This document shows, piece after piece, positions 13,842 through 23,017 of a stretch of 24,000 bases of DNA. Made by a program: the position numbers and the translations under genes. Under the pieces are notes generated by a model. The model was not told the DNA's origin. It worked only from the letters and a program-made list of their open reading frames with translations, and did not search any database. Positions within the stretch are counted from its first letter, which is position 1. Every line of letters begins with the position of its first letter. The stretch comes from Desulfobulbaceae bacterium (GTDB lineage Bacteria > Desulfobacterota > Desulfobulbia > Desulfobulbales > Desulfobulbaceae): assembly GCA_023544645.1 (NCBI GenBank), contig JAMJFO010000006.1, positions 23,036-47,035 on the forward strand, written 5' to 3'.

Positions 13842-16556
13842 TTACTGCGAGTCCCCATGCTTGTCAACCTGACTTTCCCTGGGAAAAATTTCAAGTTCCG
13901 GCGCCCAGGCGGTCCACTGCGCATCTTTTTGGTCATGCAGCTGAAAATGATCCCCATTCCGGGCCGGCTCCCCCATCTCTTCACTTTCCGGGGTTGCAAA
14001 TGAGATTCCCCCAACGATCAGGGCTTCCAGCGATTCGGCATCAAGCTGCAACCCGGAAAAAAGACCCCACGAAGCATTCATTCCGCTGGCCAGCCAGAAC
14101 TTTGTCCCGCTGTATACCAGTTTCGCGTATCCGGGATAAATATTCACCCTGACCAGCACTTTCTGCGCAGTCGCCGACAGGTTGTATCCGGTGACCTGTC
14201 CGACCTGGACCTGCCGGTAATACACGGGATTGCCGATATTGAGGAAACCGAGCCGCGGCGTCTCCAGAATAATATTCAACCCCCTGGATCCATGGGCTTC
14301 CGCCGAGTCAGGATACAGGATGAAATCCGAGCATAATTCGCCCTCGCCCGGCACCAGGTTGATGAAAGGACCGGTCAGAATGGTCGCAATATGGCGCACA
14401 CCGGTGAAATCAATACTCGGCCTGATCAGCTCCAGGCGGCTTTTTTCCCGGAACAGGGAAGCAGCCTCCTTCCTGACAGTTGCCGTGGCAACAACCTCTT
14501 TCATCTCCGGGCCGAAGCGAACGTCCCTGATGGAACCGATTTCCATGCCCTGGTATTTGATGGCGGTATTGTTTCCGACTCCTTCCGCCCGGTTCAGCCG
14601 GAGCGTGATGGTAACGCGGTCATGCTGCAGGGCGCTGGTATAATCCGCATGCAGGGTGAAATTGTGCCCGGCGCCGACAGAGTCCCCGGTTTCCGGAGTG
14701 ACAAAGGATATACCGCCGGAGAGAATGGAGGCGACACTGTCGGCCTGAATAGCAATGCCGCGAAGCCCCGCATCCACCGAAAAACCGGAACTATTATAAA
14801 ACAGGGTGGACCCGTTGATCAGGCCGGTGTATTTTTCATATACCAGGATGTCAAAGAGAACATTCCGCAAGTCATCGCTGAGACGGTGTCCGATCACCTC
14901 CCCGACCGGAACCTTCCTGTACAGGACAGGCGAACCGACCTCATAATGCAGATCAGCCGTTGACTGCAGCTGAAAAACCAATCCGGGAGGATGAAGGCCG
15001 CGAATACTGCGGGTTGCTTCTGCCAGGCTGGAGAAAAGATTAAAAGAGCTGCCCTCGGCGGCAGGCTCAGCAACAGGTTTATCCCCGGCCTTCGGGGTGG
15101 TGAAGGAAATCCCTCCCCTGAGCAGGGATTCCACCGTGCCGACATTGAGCCTGACCCCTGAAAAACCGGCATCAAACTTGATGCCGCTGCTGTTCCAGAA
15201 CACACTGTTTTCCTTTACCAGCTGGGTGTATTTATCGTATATCAAAATGTCGGTATGCACTGTCTGCTGGTCCTTGCCAAATCTTATTTCATAGACTTCC
15301 CCCACCTTCATCCGGTTGAACAGCACCGGCGAACCAGCCTCAACAAACCCGTTGTCCTCGGCAATAAGAGTAAAATGTTTGCCGTTTCTGAGAACCTGCC
15401 TGGGCATTGCTTCCTTTTCGACGATGAAATTATCCTTAAAAACTCCCTGCCCGGGCACGAACGTGATATATGGACCGCTGATCAGGGTGTCGATCTGATT
15501 GATCCCGGTCAGGGAAACCTCCGGGCGGACCACCCAGAAACGGGTGCCCTTTTTCAGGATGGATTCAGCCCGCGGGTCCAGAAGAATTTCTGCGGTAACC
15601 GAAAGGTTTTCATCATTGTTCACCCGTATTTTCCGGACAATCCCGGCCTCGATTCCCCGGAACATGACCTTGGTCTTGCCTTCAGTAATGCCTTCGCCGG
15701 AGGCGAGCTGCAGGGTCATGGGCAGCCAGTATTCGGCGGATTCATAGTCCGGATAGAGTTTATAAACCATTCCGCTGAGGGCCGGCGGGCTGGTATCGGC
15801 AAGAGGTTCCGGCGTGCCGCAGGAGATGCCGCCGTAGACCAGGGCGGCCAGGGACTCCAGCTTCAAGCTGAACCCTGATTGCAGGTTGCCTTCAAAGGAA
15901 AATCCGCTGGAATTCCAGAAGCGGGTGCCCATCTGGATGAGATGGCTGAACTCAGGTTCGATATACAGGTCGATCAGCACCGATCTGTCTTCACCAAGGT
16001 AGTAGTCCAACACCTTGCCGATCTTCAGGTTCCTGGTATAGACCGGCGAGTCCTTCTGCAGCGAATAGAGCGCGTCAGACATGAGTGTTATATGCAGACC
16101 AGGGCTGTCCGGTGGAAGGGTGGGGGCTTCCGGGAGGCCTTCGAATCGGGTAGCAAACTCGGTCGAACTCCCCGGCTGGACGGCAATATAACTGCCCGAG
16201 AGGATTGTTTCCAGTCCGCTCACCCTGCCGGCAGAGATCCGCGGCCTGACGATCCAGAACTTGGTATCGCTGACCAATCCGCGCCGGGCCTTCTTTTCCA
16301 CCTTGACGGTCAGGTTCACTCCCTGGAGATCTTCGTCAACCGTTATCTGTTCGACAATGCCGACAGCAACTCCTTTATACATTACCTGGGTTTTTCCCGC
16401 GGTAATCCCCTCGGCATTCTCAAAATGAATGGTGCAGGTTATTCCGGCATCCCGGTAACTGGCGTACAGCAGCCATCCGGCGATACACAGGGCAACGAGC
16501 GGCAATACCCAGATTGGCGAAAGTCCGCCGCCCTTTTTTATCACAGGTGATTCCAT
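13842..16556 (-). CDS. letB: PqiB/LetB-family MCE protein with seven tandem MCE domains
   Basis: I place the start at the ATG at 16556 (MESPVIKKGGGLSPIWVLPLVALCIAGWLLYASY, a PqiB-type N-terminal TM anchor), giving 904 aa. Seven repeats of the MCE signature are visible, e.g. AGKTQVMYKGVAVGIVEQI, DSPVYTRNLKIGKV, GKTKVMFRGIEAGIV, GSPVLFNRMKVGEV, GSPVLYRKVPVGEV, NTAIKYQGMEIGSI and GNPVYYRQVQVGQV. The track ORF extends to 16820, but that extension overlaps letA and has no homology. Confidence 0.9.
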   Translation of the reverse strand: MESPVIKKGGGLSPIWVLPLVALCIAGWLLYASYRDAGITCTIHFENAEGITAGKTQVMYKGVAVGIVEQITVDEDLQGVNLTVKVEKKARRGLVSDTKFWIVRPRISAGRVSGLETILSGSYIAVQPGSSTEFATRFEGLPEAPTLPPDSPGLHITLMSDALYSLQKDSPVYTRNLKIGKVLDYYLGEDRSVLIDLYIEPEFSHLIQMGTRFWNSSGFSFEGNLQSGFSLKLESLAALVYGGISCGTPEPLADTSPPALSGMVYKLYPDYESAEYWLPMTLQLASGEGITEGKTKVMFRGIEAGIVRKIRVNNDENLSVTAEILLDPRAESILKKGTRFWVVRPEVSLTGINQIDTLISGPYITFVPGQGVFKDNFIVEKEAMPRQVLRNGKHFTLIAEDNGFVEAGSPVLFNRMKVGEVYEIRFGKDQQTVHTDILIYDKYTQLVKENSVFWNSSGIKFDAGFSGVRLNVGTVESLLRGGISFTTPKAGDKPVAEPAAEGSSFNLFSSLAEATRSIRGLHPPGLVFQLQSTADLHYEVGSPVLYRKVPVGEVIGHRLSDDLRNVLFDILVYEKYTGLINGSTLFYNSSGFSVDAGLRGIAIQADSVASILSGGISFVTPETGDSVGAGHNFTLHADYTSALQHDRVTITLRLNRAEGVGNNTAIKYQGMEIGSIRDVRFGPEMKEVVATATVRKEAASLFREKSRLELIRPSIDFTGVRHIATILTGPFINLVPGEGELCSDFILYPDSAEAHGSRGLNIILETPRLGFLNIGNPVYYRQVQVGQVTGYNLSATAQKVLVRVNIYPGYAKLVYSGTKFWLASGMNASWGLFSGLQLDAESLEALIVGGISFATPESEEMGEPARNGDHFQLHDQKDAQWTAWAPELEIFPRESQVDKHGDSQ

Positions 16557-16653
16557 ACGTATTCCCGGTTCATTGATAAGCGGCCACAGGACTCCGCTAT
16601 AAATCCTGGCAAAAGCGCAATGCGTGGTTGCTCTGCCCCATGAGTATTTACAT

Positions 16654-17967
16654 TCATTGTTCCTGCATGTCCACCAGGTCCCAGAGCAGCCGCTGGTCAA
16701 AACTGATGGCGGCAAACATCGTGGCCAGGACCACACCAGTGAAAAAGACGGCGGCGGGGGCAACCTGGACAGTCGTGAAAAAACCGAAGTCAACCAGGGC
16801 GCAGAGCAGGGCGATGACAAAAATGTCGAGCATCGACCAGCGGCCTATGAACGCAATAAACCGGAACATAATCGATTTCTGGAGCAGCCTGGTCGCTCTC
16901 CTGAAATTGATGGAATAGAGCAGGACGCTCAGGCCGAGGATCTTGAAGACCGGCACCAGGATTGAGGCGCTTAAAATAATCAGGCCGATGGTGTGGGAGC
17001 CGTTCTGGAAAAAATAGATTATGCCGTCCAAGATGGTCGACTTTTCCGGCACGCCCAGAAACACCACCTCCATTATCGGCAGAAGGTTGGCAGGAAAAAA
17101 CAGGATCAGCGCGGTGAGCACCAGGGCCCAGGTCGTGCCGACGGAGTGCGCTATCCGCCAGTGGATTTTTGCCCCGCAGCGCGGACAAAAAAGCTGGTGC
17201 CCGGTAGCCGGCGGCTGTTCATGGCGGACGACCTTGTGGCAGGAGTGGCACTGCACCAGGCCCGATGTCATGGCCCTGGTGCCGATCATCCCCTTTGCCA
17301 GGTGCAGTGTCTCGGCAGGAGCCTTTGCCTCCTTGTCTCTTTCGGCCCGTAATTCCTCAATACGACGCCAGCAATACTGCCGGTCAAAAGTCGAGGATAT
17401 GCACGCCATGACAAGCACCAATCCCGCAAAACAGATAAACCCTGCCCCATAGGATATCCCGGTGGTGGGTTCCATTTTGATAATGGTCACCAGAATTGCG
17501 ATCAGATAGACCTCGGACATCCCCCATTCCTCGAAATGCTGATACCAGCGCAGCAGCAGGGGCAAGGCACCGGTATAAATCCGCCGCGAAATCCCCAGGG
17601 TGACACCAAACAGCATACCCAGCTTGAGGAGGGGAAAAATCTGGGCGGTCAGGACAACCACCAGGGAAACAACACCGTATTGCTGCCGGTACAGGGCTCT
17701 GATGCTGTCAAAGATCGAGCCGGCCTCATCCATCCCCAGCATGTCAAAGGTCAACAGGATCATGAAGTGCGCGGGAATGTACAGGATCAGACCGGTCAGG
17801 CTCAAGGCAAGAGTTCGATTGACCGTATCTTTGCGGGGGCTCCGCAGTTTGAACCGGCATCGCGGACAGAGCAGATGGCTGCCGTAGGGGACCTCCGCCT
17901 TTTCGGTAGCAACGATCATGTCACAGCCCGGGCAGACCAGTGGATCCTCGGCGGCAACGCTGTTCAT
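16654..17967 (-). CDS. letA: PqiA/LetA-family integral membrane protein (two PqiA modules, each with a CxxC...CxxC zinc ribbon)
   Basis: It has CPGCDMIV...CPRCRFKL and CHSCHKVV...CPRCGAKI, each followed by multi-TM regions. The ATG at 17967 (MNSVAAED...) is preceded by GGGAAG. The track start at 17988 is a TTG, which is an alternative. Confidence 0.88.
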   Translation of the reverse strand: MNSVAAEDPLVCPGCDMIVATEKAEVPYGSHLLCPRCRFKLRSPRKDTVNRTLALSLTGLILYIPAHFMILLTFDMLGMDEAGSIFDSIRALYRQQYGVVSLVVVLTAQIFPLLKLGMLFGVTLGISRRIYTGALPLLLRWYQHFEEWGMSEVYLIAILVTIIKMEPTTGISYGAGFICFAGLVLVMACISSTFDRQYCWRRIEELRAERDKEAKAPAETLHLAKGMIGTRAMTSGLVQCHSCHKVVRHEQPPATGHQLFCPRCGAKIHWRIAHSVGTTWALVLTALILFFPANLLPIMEVVFLGVPEKSTILDGIIYFFQNGSHTIGLIILSASILVPVFKILGLSVLLYSINFRRATRLLQKSIMFRFIAFIGRWSMLDIFVIALLCALVDFGFFTTVQVAPAAVFFTGVVLATMFAAISFDQRLLWDLVDMQEQ

Positions 17968-18208
17968 TTCTTCCCGCTGAAAAAACAACTGAAGTTCAAC
18001 GGCATGCCCTCCCGGTAAACAGTTATTCGATTCACTGGCCCGCTATCTCCCTTCTGCGCTTTTATGGCAGCACCGGCAGCCGGATTACCTTCTCACCTGA
18101 TTTGGCAACAAGTTACAACAACCTGCCTGAAAAACCTCACAAAAAGCAAGCATTGCTTAAACAAATACACCTCATAATCATAATCGATGCCGACATGTGC
18201 GCCGATGG

Positions 18209-18700
18209 TTATTCCCGGCAACGGAGCAGGACAACCTGCATGACAATGGGGTAATCATAGTGAACATCACCGTTCATCCATTCGTTGTACCCTATGCTGG
18301 CCCAATCACCCTGTTTTCCCCACTCTTTGAACCCGAAACTCCAGCCCGGCCATTGGGCCACCGGGTACTCCCGGTCCGGTCCGTAATCGGTGAAGGAGAG
18401 TGACGATTCAGTGGTGCATTGCCGAGAATGGCCGATGAGCATCATATCCGCCCCCCTGGATTTAGCCTCCTCGGAGATGCGGGCTCCAAAATCACTGGTG
18501 GTCATGTTGGCCGGCATGGTGGCAAACAGATGGGCGAACACCCGGCATGATGCCGGGGCCTGGCTTATCTGAAAAATCGGCGCAACCTGGTCGGTGGGGG
18601 GATAATGGCTTCCGGCAGGGCCGGAATCGGAAGAAGCGCATGCCGAAAGCAGGAAAACGACAACCGCCATACAGCTGAGCATGAATTGCTTGTTTCTCAT
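18209..18700 (-). CDS. Putative lipoprotein of unknown function
   Basis: The internal ATG at 18700 is preceded by GGAGAA. It gives MRNKQFMLSCMAVVVFLLSAC, a signal peptide with the lipobox LLSA-C. The mature part is Trp/Gly/Tyr-rich at the C-terminus. The track start at 18799 adds 33 implausible residues. Confidence 0.7.
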   Translation of the reverse strand: MRNKQFMLSCMAVVVFLLSACASSDSGPAGSHYPPTDQVAPIFQISQAPASCRVFAHLFATMPANMTTSDFGARISEEAKSRGADMMLIGHSRQCTTESSLSFTDYGPDREYPVAQWPGWSFGFKEWGKQGDWASIGYNEWMNGDVHYDYPIVMQVVLLRCRE

Positions 18701-18850
18701 TCTCTTATTCTCCGTGTTATGAATCATCAGTGACGTGGGGCGATCCCAATGGCATATCCGAAGATTGATGGCCACGAATATACTCTTCATTCCGCACACA
18801 CCTGGGGCGGCAGGGAGGCGATGTCCTCGTTATCCAGGAGTTGGGCCGGA

Positions 18851-21800
18851 TCACTCCTGCTCCGCTTCGCACCATTCATAGGCATTCTGGAACATCCGCA
18901 GCCACGGGGATACTACCAGGTTCTGCATGTCCGCGGGCAGCCAGTGCGCCTGCCAGGGAAGAAAAACCCGTTCCGGATGGGGCATCATGGCCAGGTGCCG
19001 GCCGTCATCGGAACACAGCCCTGCCAGACCCGCCGGCGAACCGTTGGGATTAAAGGGGTATGCCTCGGTCGCCTTGCCGCCGTCATCAACATAGACCACC
19101 GGCGCCATGCCCTCGCCAACAACCCTGTTCTGGATGGCCTGGTCCGGAAACAGCAGCCTGCCCTCGCCATGGTCGACATGGATGCCGAAAACCAGGTCCT
19201 GCATACCCTTGAGCATCATCGCCCGACTCTCCAGAACCTTCAGGGTCACCCAGCGCGATTCAAAGCGCCCGGAACGGTTGCGGACAAACCGCGGCTGCTT
19301 CCCGGCCTCAATTCCCTGCCATGGAACCCAGCCCAGCAGGGCAAACAGCTGACAGCCGTTGCAGATACCCAGGGTGAAAGTATCGGGACGGTGGTAAAAT
19401 TCCTGAAACATGTCCCTCAGCCTGTCGTTGAACAGGATGGTCGCGGCCCAGCCCTTGGCCGACTCCGGTACGTCGGCATAGGAAAAACCCCCGACCGCGG
19501 CAAGCCCCCGGAACATATCCAGATTTACCTTGCCCTGCAGGAGATCGGTCATGGTTACATCCCACGGCTCGAAGCCGGCCGCATAAAACGCCGAGGTCAT
19601 CTCCCGGTCAGAGTTGGAGCCTTCGTCCCGGAGAATGGCCACCCTGGGCTTGTTGCTTTTCGACAGCAGCGCCACCGGGGTCAGGCAGGGGGTGAAGCTC
19701 AGATTATATTGCGGACCCTGGCGGTCATGGATATTGTTCTTTTCCTCATCGGCGCAGGCCGGATTCATTTGCAGCCGCTCAAGCTGATAGCTGGTTTCTT
19801 CCCACCACTGGCGCAGCAGCCGCATGTCTTCGTCCAGCACGGTCTCATCGTTGTACTGTATGACTATCCTCTTCTCAGGACTGGTTAAGCCGATATTGGA
19901 GTAGGGAATATCCTGCTCCCGCAGGGCCTGCATGACCTGCTGGGCATCAAGCTCCCGGCATTCGATCACCAGGCCGAGCTCTTCGGAAAAGAGGGTTTCC
20001 AGCGCAGAATCCTCACCGTCGATGTAGAGTTCCAGCCCGCAGTTGCCGCTGAAAGCCATCTCCAGAACCGTGGTTATCAACCCGCCGTCGCTGCGGTCAT
20101 GGCCGGCCGAAATCAAATCGCGGTCGATCAAATCCTGGATGACCAGGAAAGCCTTGCGCAGCAGAAGCGGGTCATCAAGATCAGGAGATTCATGGCCCAG
20201 CGTGCCGAGGGTCTGGGCCAGCGCCGTGCCGCCCATACGGTTTTTTCCATAGGCCAGATCGATAAAGATGATATTGCTGGCCCCGGGGTGTTTCAGGTCC
20301 GGGGTCACGACCCGGGTGATATCGCCAATGGCACCATAGGCAGAAATAACCAGCTGGCGCGGCGACTTGACGGTCTCGTCGCCGACCATGGTGGCCATGG
20401 ACAGGCTGTCCTTGCCGCCGTCCACCGCCATGCCGATCTCGATCATGGCGGTGCGCAAGGCCTCGGCCGCATCGTAAAGAGCCGCCCCTTCACCGGCAAG
20501 TTTGGGCGCCCACATCCAGTTGGCCGAACATTTCACCTGATTCAGATCATCAATCCTGGCCCACACCAGGTTGGTCAGGGACTCACCCACGGCCATCCTG
20601 GCTCCTGCCGCCGGATTCACCAGCATCTTGATCGGCTGCTCGCCAATGGCCGTTGCCCCTCCGCTTCTGCTGAAATGGCTCTGGGCGACAACGGCGACAT
20701 CGGCAACGGTGAGCTGGAGAGGCCCGCAGCACTGCTGCCGGGCGACCAGGCCGGTCACCGCCCGATCCACCTTGTTGGTCAGGAAACGTTTGGAACCCAC
20801 GGCAACCAGGCGCAAAACATTATGCAGGGCGTCCCGGACATCAAGATCGGCGGGCAGGGCAAGCGGAGTCAGCTGAGGATCCAGGCGCCGGTCCTCAAAC
20901 GTCTTTTGCGGTATATTGCCCAGCACTTCGGACAGCTCAAGGTCAACCGGCGTGGACCCGTCCAGCTCGTCATGCACGACAAACCGAAGGTCGCCGGTCA
21001 CTTCCCCCAAAACCTCGCAGGCCACTTTTTCCCGAGCGCAGATAGCCTGGAATTGCTCAATGTTCCCGGGTCTGATGAGAAAACCGTTGCGCTCCTGGTA
21101 TTCGGCCACATAGATCTCCAGCACCGACATGGTGGGGTCGCCGACCCGGATATTACGGATCTCGATCCGCCCGCCCGAGTGCTCCACCAGCTCCTTGAGG
21201 ACATTGCCGGGGCCGCCCGCTCCCTGGTCGTGAATGACATCGATGAGGGTCTTGTCGCCCATCTCGTTGCAGGCCCGGATGACCCGGTTCATCTTCTGCT
21301 CCATCTCGGCATCGCCGCGCTGCACCGCGTCAAAATCGAGCTCAGAGACGTTCTCGCCCTGCAGCATGGATGAGGCTGCCCCGCCCCCGAAACCGACCCG
21401 GTATGCCGGCCCGCCGACCTGCACTATCTTCATCCCCTTGAGTTCCTCGCCCTTGTTGGTGTGGCGGGCATCGATCTGGCCGATGCCGCCGGTGAACATG
21501 ATCGGCTTGAGAAAACCCCAGCGTTCGCCGTTGTCGAGGCGCATGTCAAAGGAGCGGGTAAACCCCTGGATAAGCGGTTCACCGAACTTGTTGCCGTAAT
21601 CGGAAGCGCCGTTGCTGGCCTCTATCTCAATATTCAGGGGCGACGCCAGGTTGTCGGGATGGTCGAATGTTTGCTCCCAGGGCAGCGCATAGCCGGGTAT
21701 ATGGAGATTTCCCACACAGTAGGCGGCTGTGCCGGCAATCACCAGTCCTCCCTTGCCTGTACCCTGGATATCGCGGATCCGCCCCCCTGTTCCGGTTTCC

Positions 21801-22663
21801 GCCCCGGGAAAGGGGGCGACGCCGGTGGGAAAGTTATGGGTTTCAGCAGTAAAAATCACATGGTAGTTGACCGTGGCGGCGGAAAATTTTGATGGCTCAC
21901 CGGGCTTTTCCGGCAGGATGGTGCTGATCTCATGGCCCTGCACGCCGCTGGAGTTATCCTTGAAGGCAATTACACTGCCCTTGGGATTGGCGTGCAGGGT
22001 ATCGGTGACCAGCTCAAAAAGGGTTTTTTTCTGTTCCACCCCGTCGATGATCTGTTTGCCCCTGAAAAATCCGTGCCTGGAGTGTTCGCTGTTGGCATTG
22101 TTGAGGTCCATGATCTCGACAATGGTCGGATTGCGCTGATGCCTGGTGACGAAATACTCATAGTAAAAGTTCCGGTCCCACTCGTCCATGGATATCCCGG
22201 GAATATCGAGCAGACCATCAGGCCCGCCGTTTATCAGGTCCACTTCGTATACCGGCTCCGGTTTGATGCCGGTGGCAAAGGTGGTCAAAGGTTCCGGATA
22301 GGGACACTCGGTCATCCGGTCATGGTGTTCGGCAATAAACTGCTGCATGTCCTGGTCAGCATCGACAAGATATCGCCTGGAACGCTCGACCCGGGTCACC
22401 TTGTCCAGCCCGATGGCCCGGCAGATGGACACCATATTGGACGACCAGGCGGTTGCGAAATTCAGCCGCGGCCCCATCTCAACCACCCGATCACCGGCCA
22501 GGACAGGCGAAAGGGAAGCCGTATCCGGGAGGAAGCCTTCAGCCAGGACCAGCTTCAGTTTATGTAGTTCAGCCTGGCTGAGCTGGCCATTTGATTCAAC
22601 ATTAAAACAATATTCCATCCCGGCATCAATACTGCGATAGAGCCGGATGACTGTATCTCCCAT
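18851..22663 (-). CDS. purL: Phosphoribosylformylglycinamidine (FGAM) synthase, single-chain large PurL
   Basis: 1270-aa ORF. It has duplicated AIR-synthase-like domains (AETHNFPTGVAPFPGAETGTGGRIRD, DYGNKFGEP, VHDQGAGG) and a C-terminal class I glutaminase with LGICNGCQL and MPHPER. Confidence 0.97.
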   Translation of the reverse strand: MGDTVIRLYRSIDAGMEYCFNVESNGQLSQAELHKLKLVLAEGFLPDTASLSPVLAGDRVVEMGPRLNFATAWSSNMVSICRAIGLDKVTRVERSRRYLVDADQDMQQFIAEHHDRMTECPYPEPLTTFATGIKPEPVYEVDLINGGPDGLLDIPGISMDEWDRNFYYEYFVTRHQRNPTIVEIMDLNNANSEHSRHGFFRGKQIIDGVEQKKTLFELVTDTLHANPKGSVIAFKDNSSGVQGHEISTILPEKPGEPSKFSAATVNYHVIFTAETHNFPTGVAPFPGAETGTGGRIRDIQGTGKGGLVIAGTAAYCVGNLHIPGYALPWEQTFDHPDNLASPLNIEIEASNGASDYGNKFGEPLIQGFTRSFDMRLDNGERWGFLKPIMFTGGIGQIDARHTNKGEELKGMKIVQVGGPAYRVGFGGGAASSMLQGENVSELDFDAVQRGDAEMEQKMNRVIRACNEMGDKTLIDVIHDQGAGGPGNVLKELVEHSGGRIEIRNIRVGDPTMSVLEIYVAEYQERNGFLIRPGNIEQFQAICAREKVACEVLGEVTGDLRFVVHDELDGSTPVDLELSEVLGNIPQKTFEDRRLDPQLTPLALPADLDVRDALHNVLRLVAVGSKRFLTNKVDRAVTGLVARQQCCGPLQLTVADVAVVAQSHFSRSGGATAIGEQPIKMLVNPAAGARMAVGESLTNLVWARIDDLNQVKCSANWMWAPKLAGEGAALYDAAEALRTAMIEIGMAVDGGKDSLSMATMVGDETVKSPRQLVISAYGAIGDITRVVTPDLKHPGASNIIFIDLAYGKNRMGGTALAQTLGTLGHESPDLDDPLLLRKAFLVIQDLIDRDLISAGHDRSDGGLITTVLEMAFSGNCGLELYIDGEDSALETLFSEELGLVIECRELDAQQVMQALREQDIPYSNIGLTSPEKRIVIQYNDETVLDEDMRLLRQWWEETSYQLERLQMNPACADEEKNNIHDRQGPQYNLSFTPCLTPVALLSKSNKPRVAILRDEGSNSDREMTSAFYAAGFEPWDVTMTDLLQGKVNLDMFRGLAAVGGFSYADVPESAKGWAATILFNDRLRDMFQEFYHRPDTFTLGICNGCQLFALLGWVPWQGIEAGKQPRFVRNRSGRFESRWVTLKVLESRAMMLKGMQDLVFGIHVDHGEGRLLFPDQAIQNRVVGEGMAPVVYVDDGGKATEAYPFNPNGSPAGLAGLCSDDGRHLAMMPHPERVFLPWQAHWLPADMQNLVVSPWLRMFQNAYEWCEAEQE

Positions 22664-23017
22664 GACAAAACCTTTTAACTCGTTGAAACTATATTATTAA
22701 TTTTAACATGTGCTGCATGCCGCCAGCACTACAGGAAGTCTATCATTAAACAGGATTTTTTTCTGTAGAAACTTGCAGTTGGAACGGAAAATTTGTGTCC
22801 GCCCGCCCTGATTAACGGCAATAACGAATAATTTCAATTTATTAACCGCAAGCAACTCCCCTGGATCAGCGATGAATTTTGCCGTGCATTCTGCAACACT
22901 TTGAATGTCTGTCTTAACTTGAAGTTCATGCCGCATATTCCGGTGCACCCAACCCCTGCGCGGCGCTCCATAGCAATGCATATCAGGACCGGCGCGCCTG
23001 CCGGGAACGTCTTGTTG

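Noticed and set aside
13842-16820. Full 992-aa extent of the MCE ORF (start at 16820)
   Set aside because: The first 88 residues (MSSPCSAPWLTSVF...) overlap letA by 167 nt and have no PqiB-like features. Homology and the TM anchor begin at the Met encoded at 16556.
18139-18157. Hairpin AAGCAA-GCA-TTGCTT with a minus-strand T-rich tail downstream of the lipoprotein gene
   Set aside because: It is a 6-bp AT-rich stem with a 3-nt loop, too weak to call a terminator. The lipoprotein gene may simply be co-transcribed with letA.
18701-18799. N-terminal 33 residues of the 196-aa track ORF
   Set aside because: The signal peptide and lipobox begin at the internal Met (18700), which has a GGAGAA RBS. 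The upstream extension (MCGMKSIFVAINLRICHWDRPTS...) is not signal-peptide-like.
18749-21373. 379-aa (18749-19888) and 424-aa (20099-21373) plus-strand ORFs
   Set aside because: Both are antisense to purL, whose identity is unambiguous. Their products are Arg/Gly/Pro/His-rich shadow-frame translations.
22664-23017. Possible purine/ZTP riboswitch or sigma54 promoter upstream of purL
   Set aside because: I looked for the ZTP (GGGTCGTGACTGGCG...CCGGGCCGCCTGGGCA-type) and purine riboswitch cores and found neither. A TGGC...GCA string near 22700-22715 (minus strand) has the wrong GG/GC spacing for a -24/-12 promoter.
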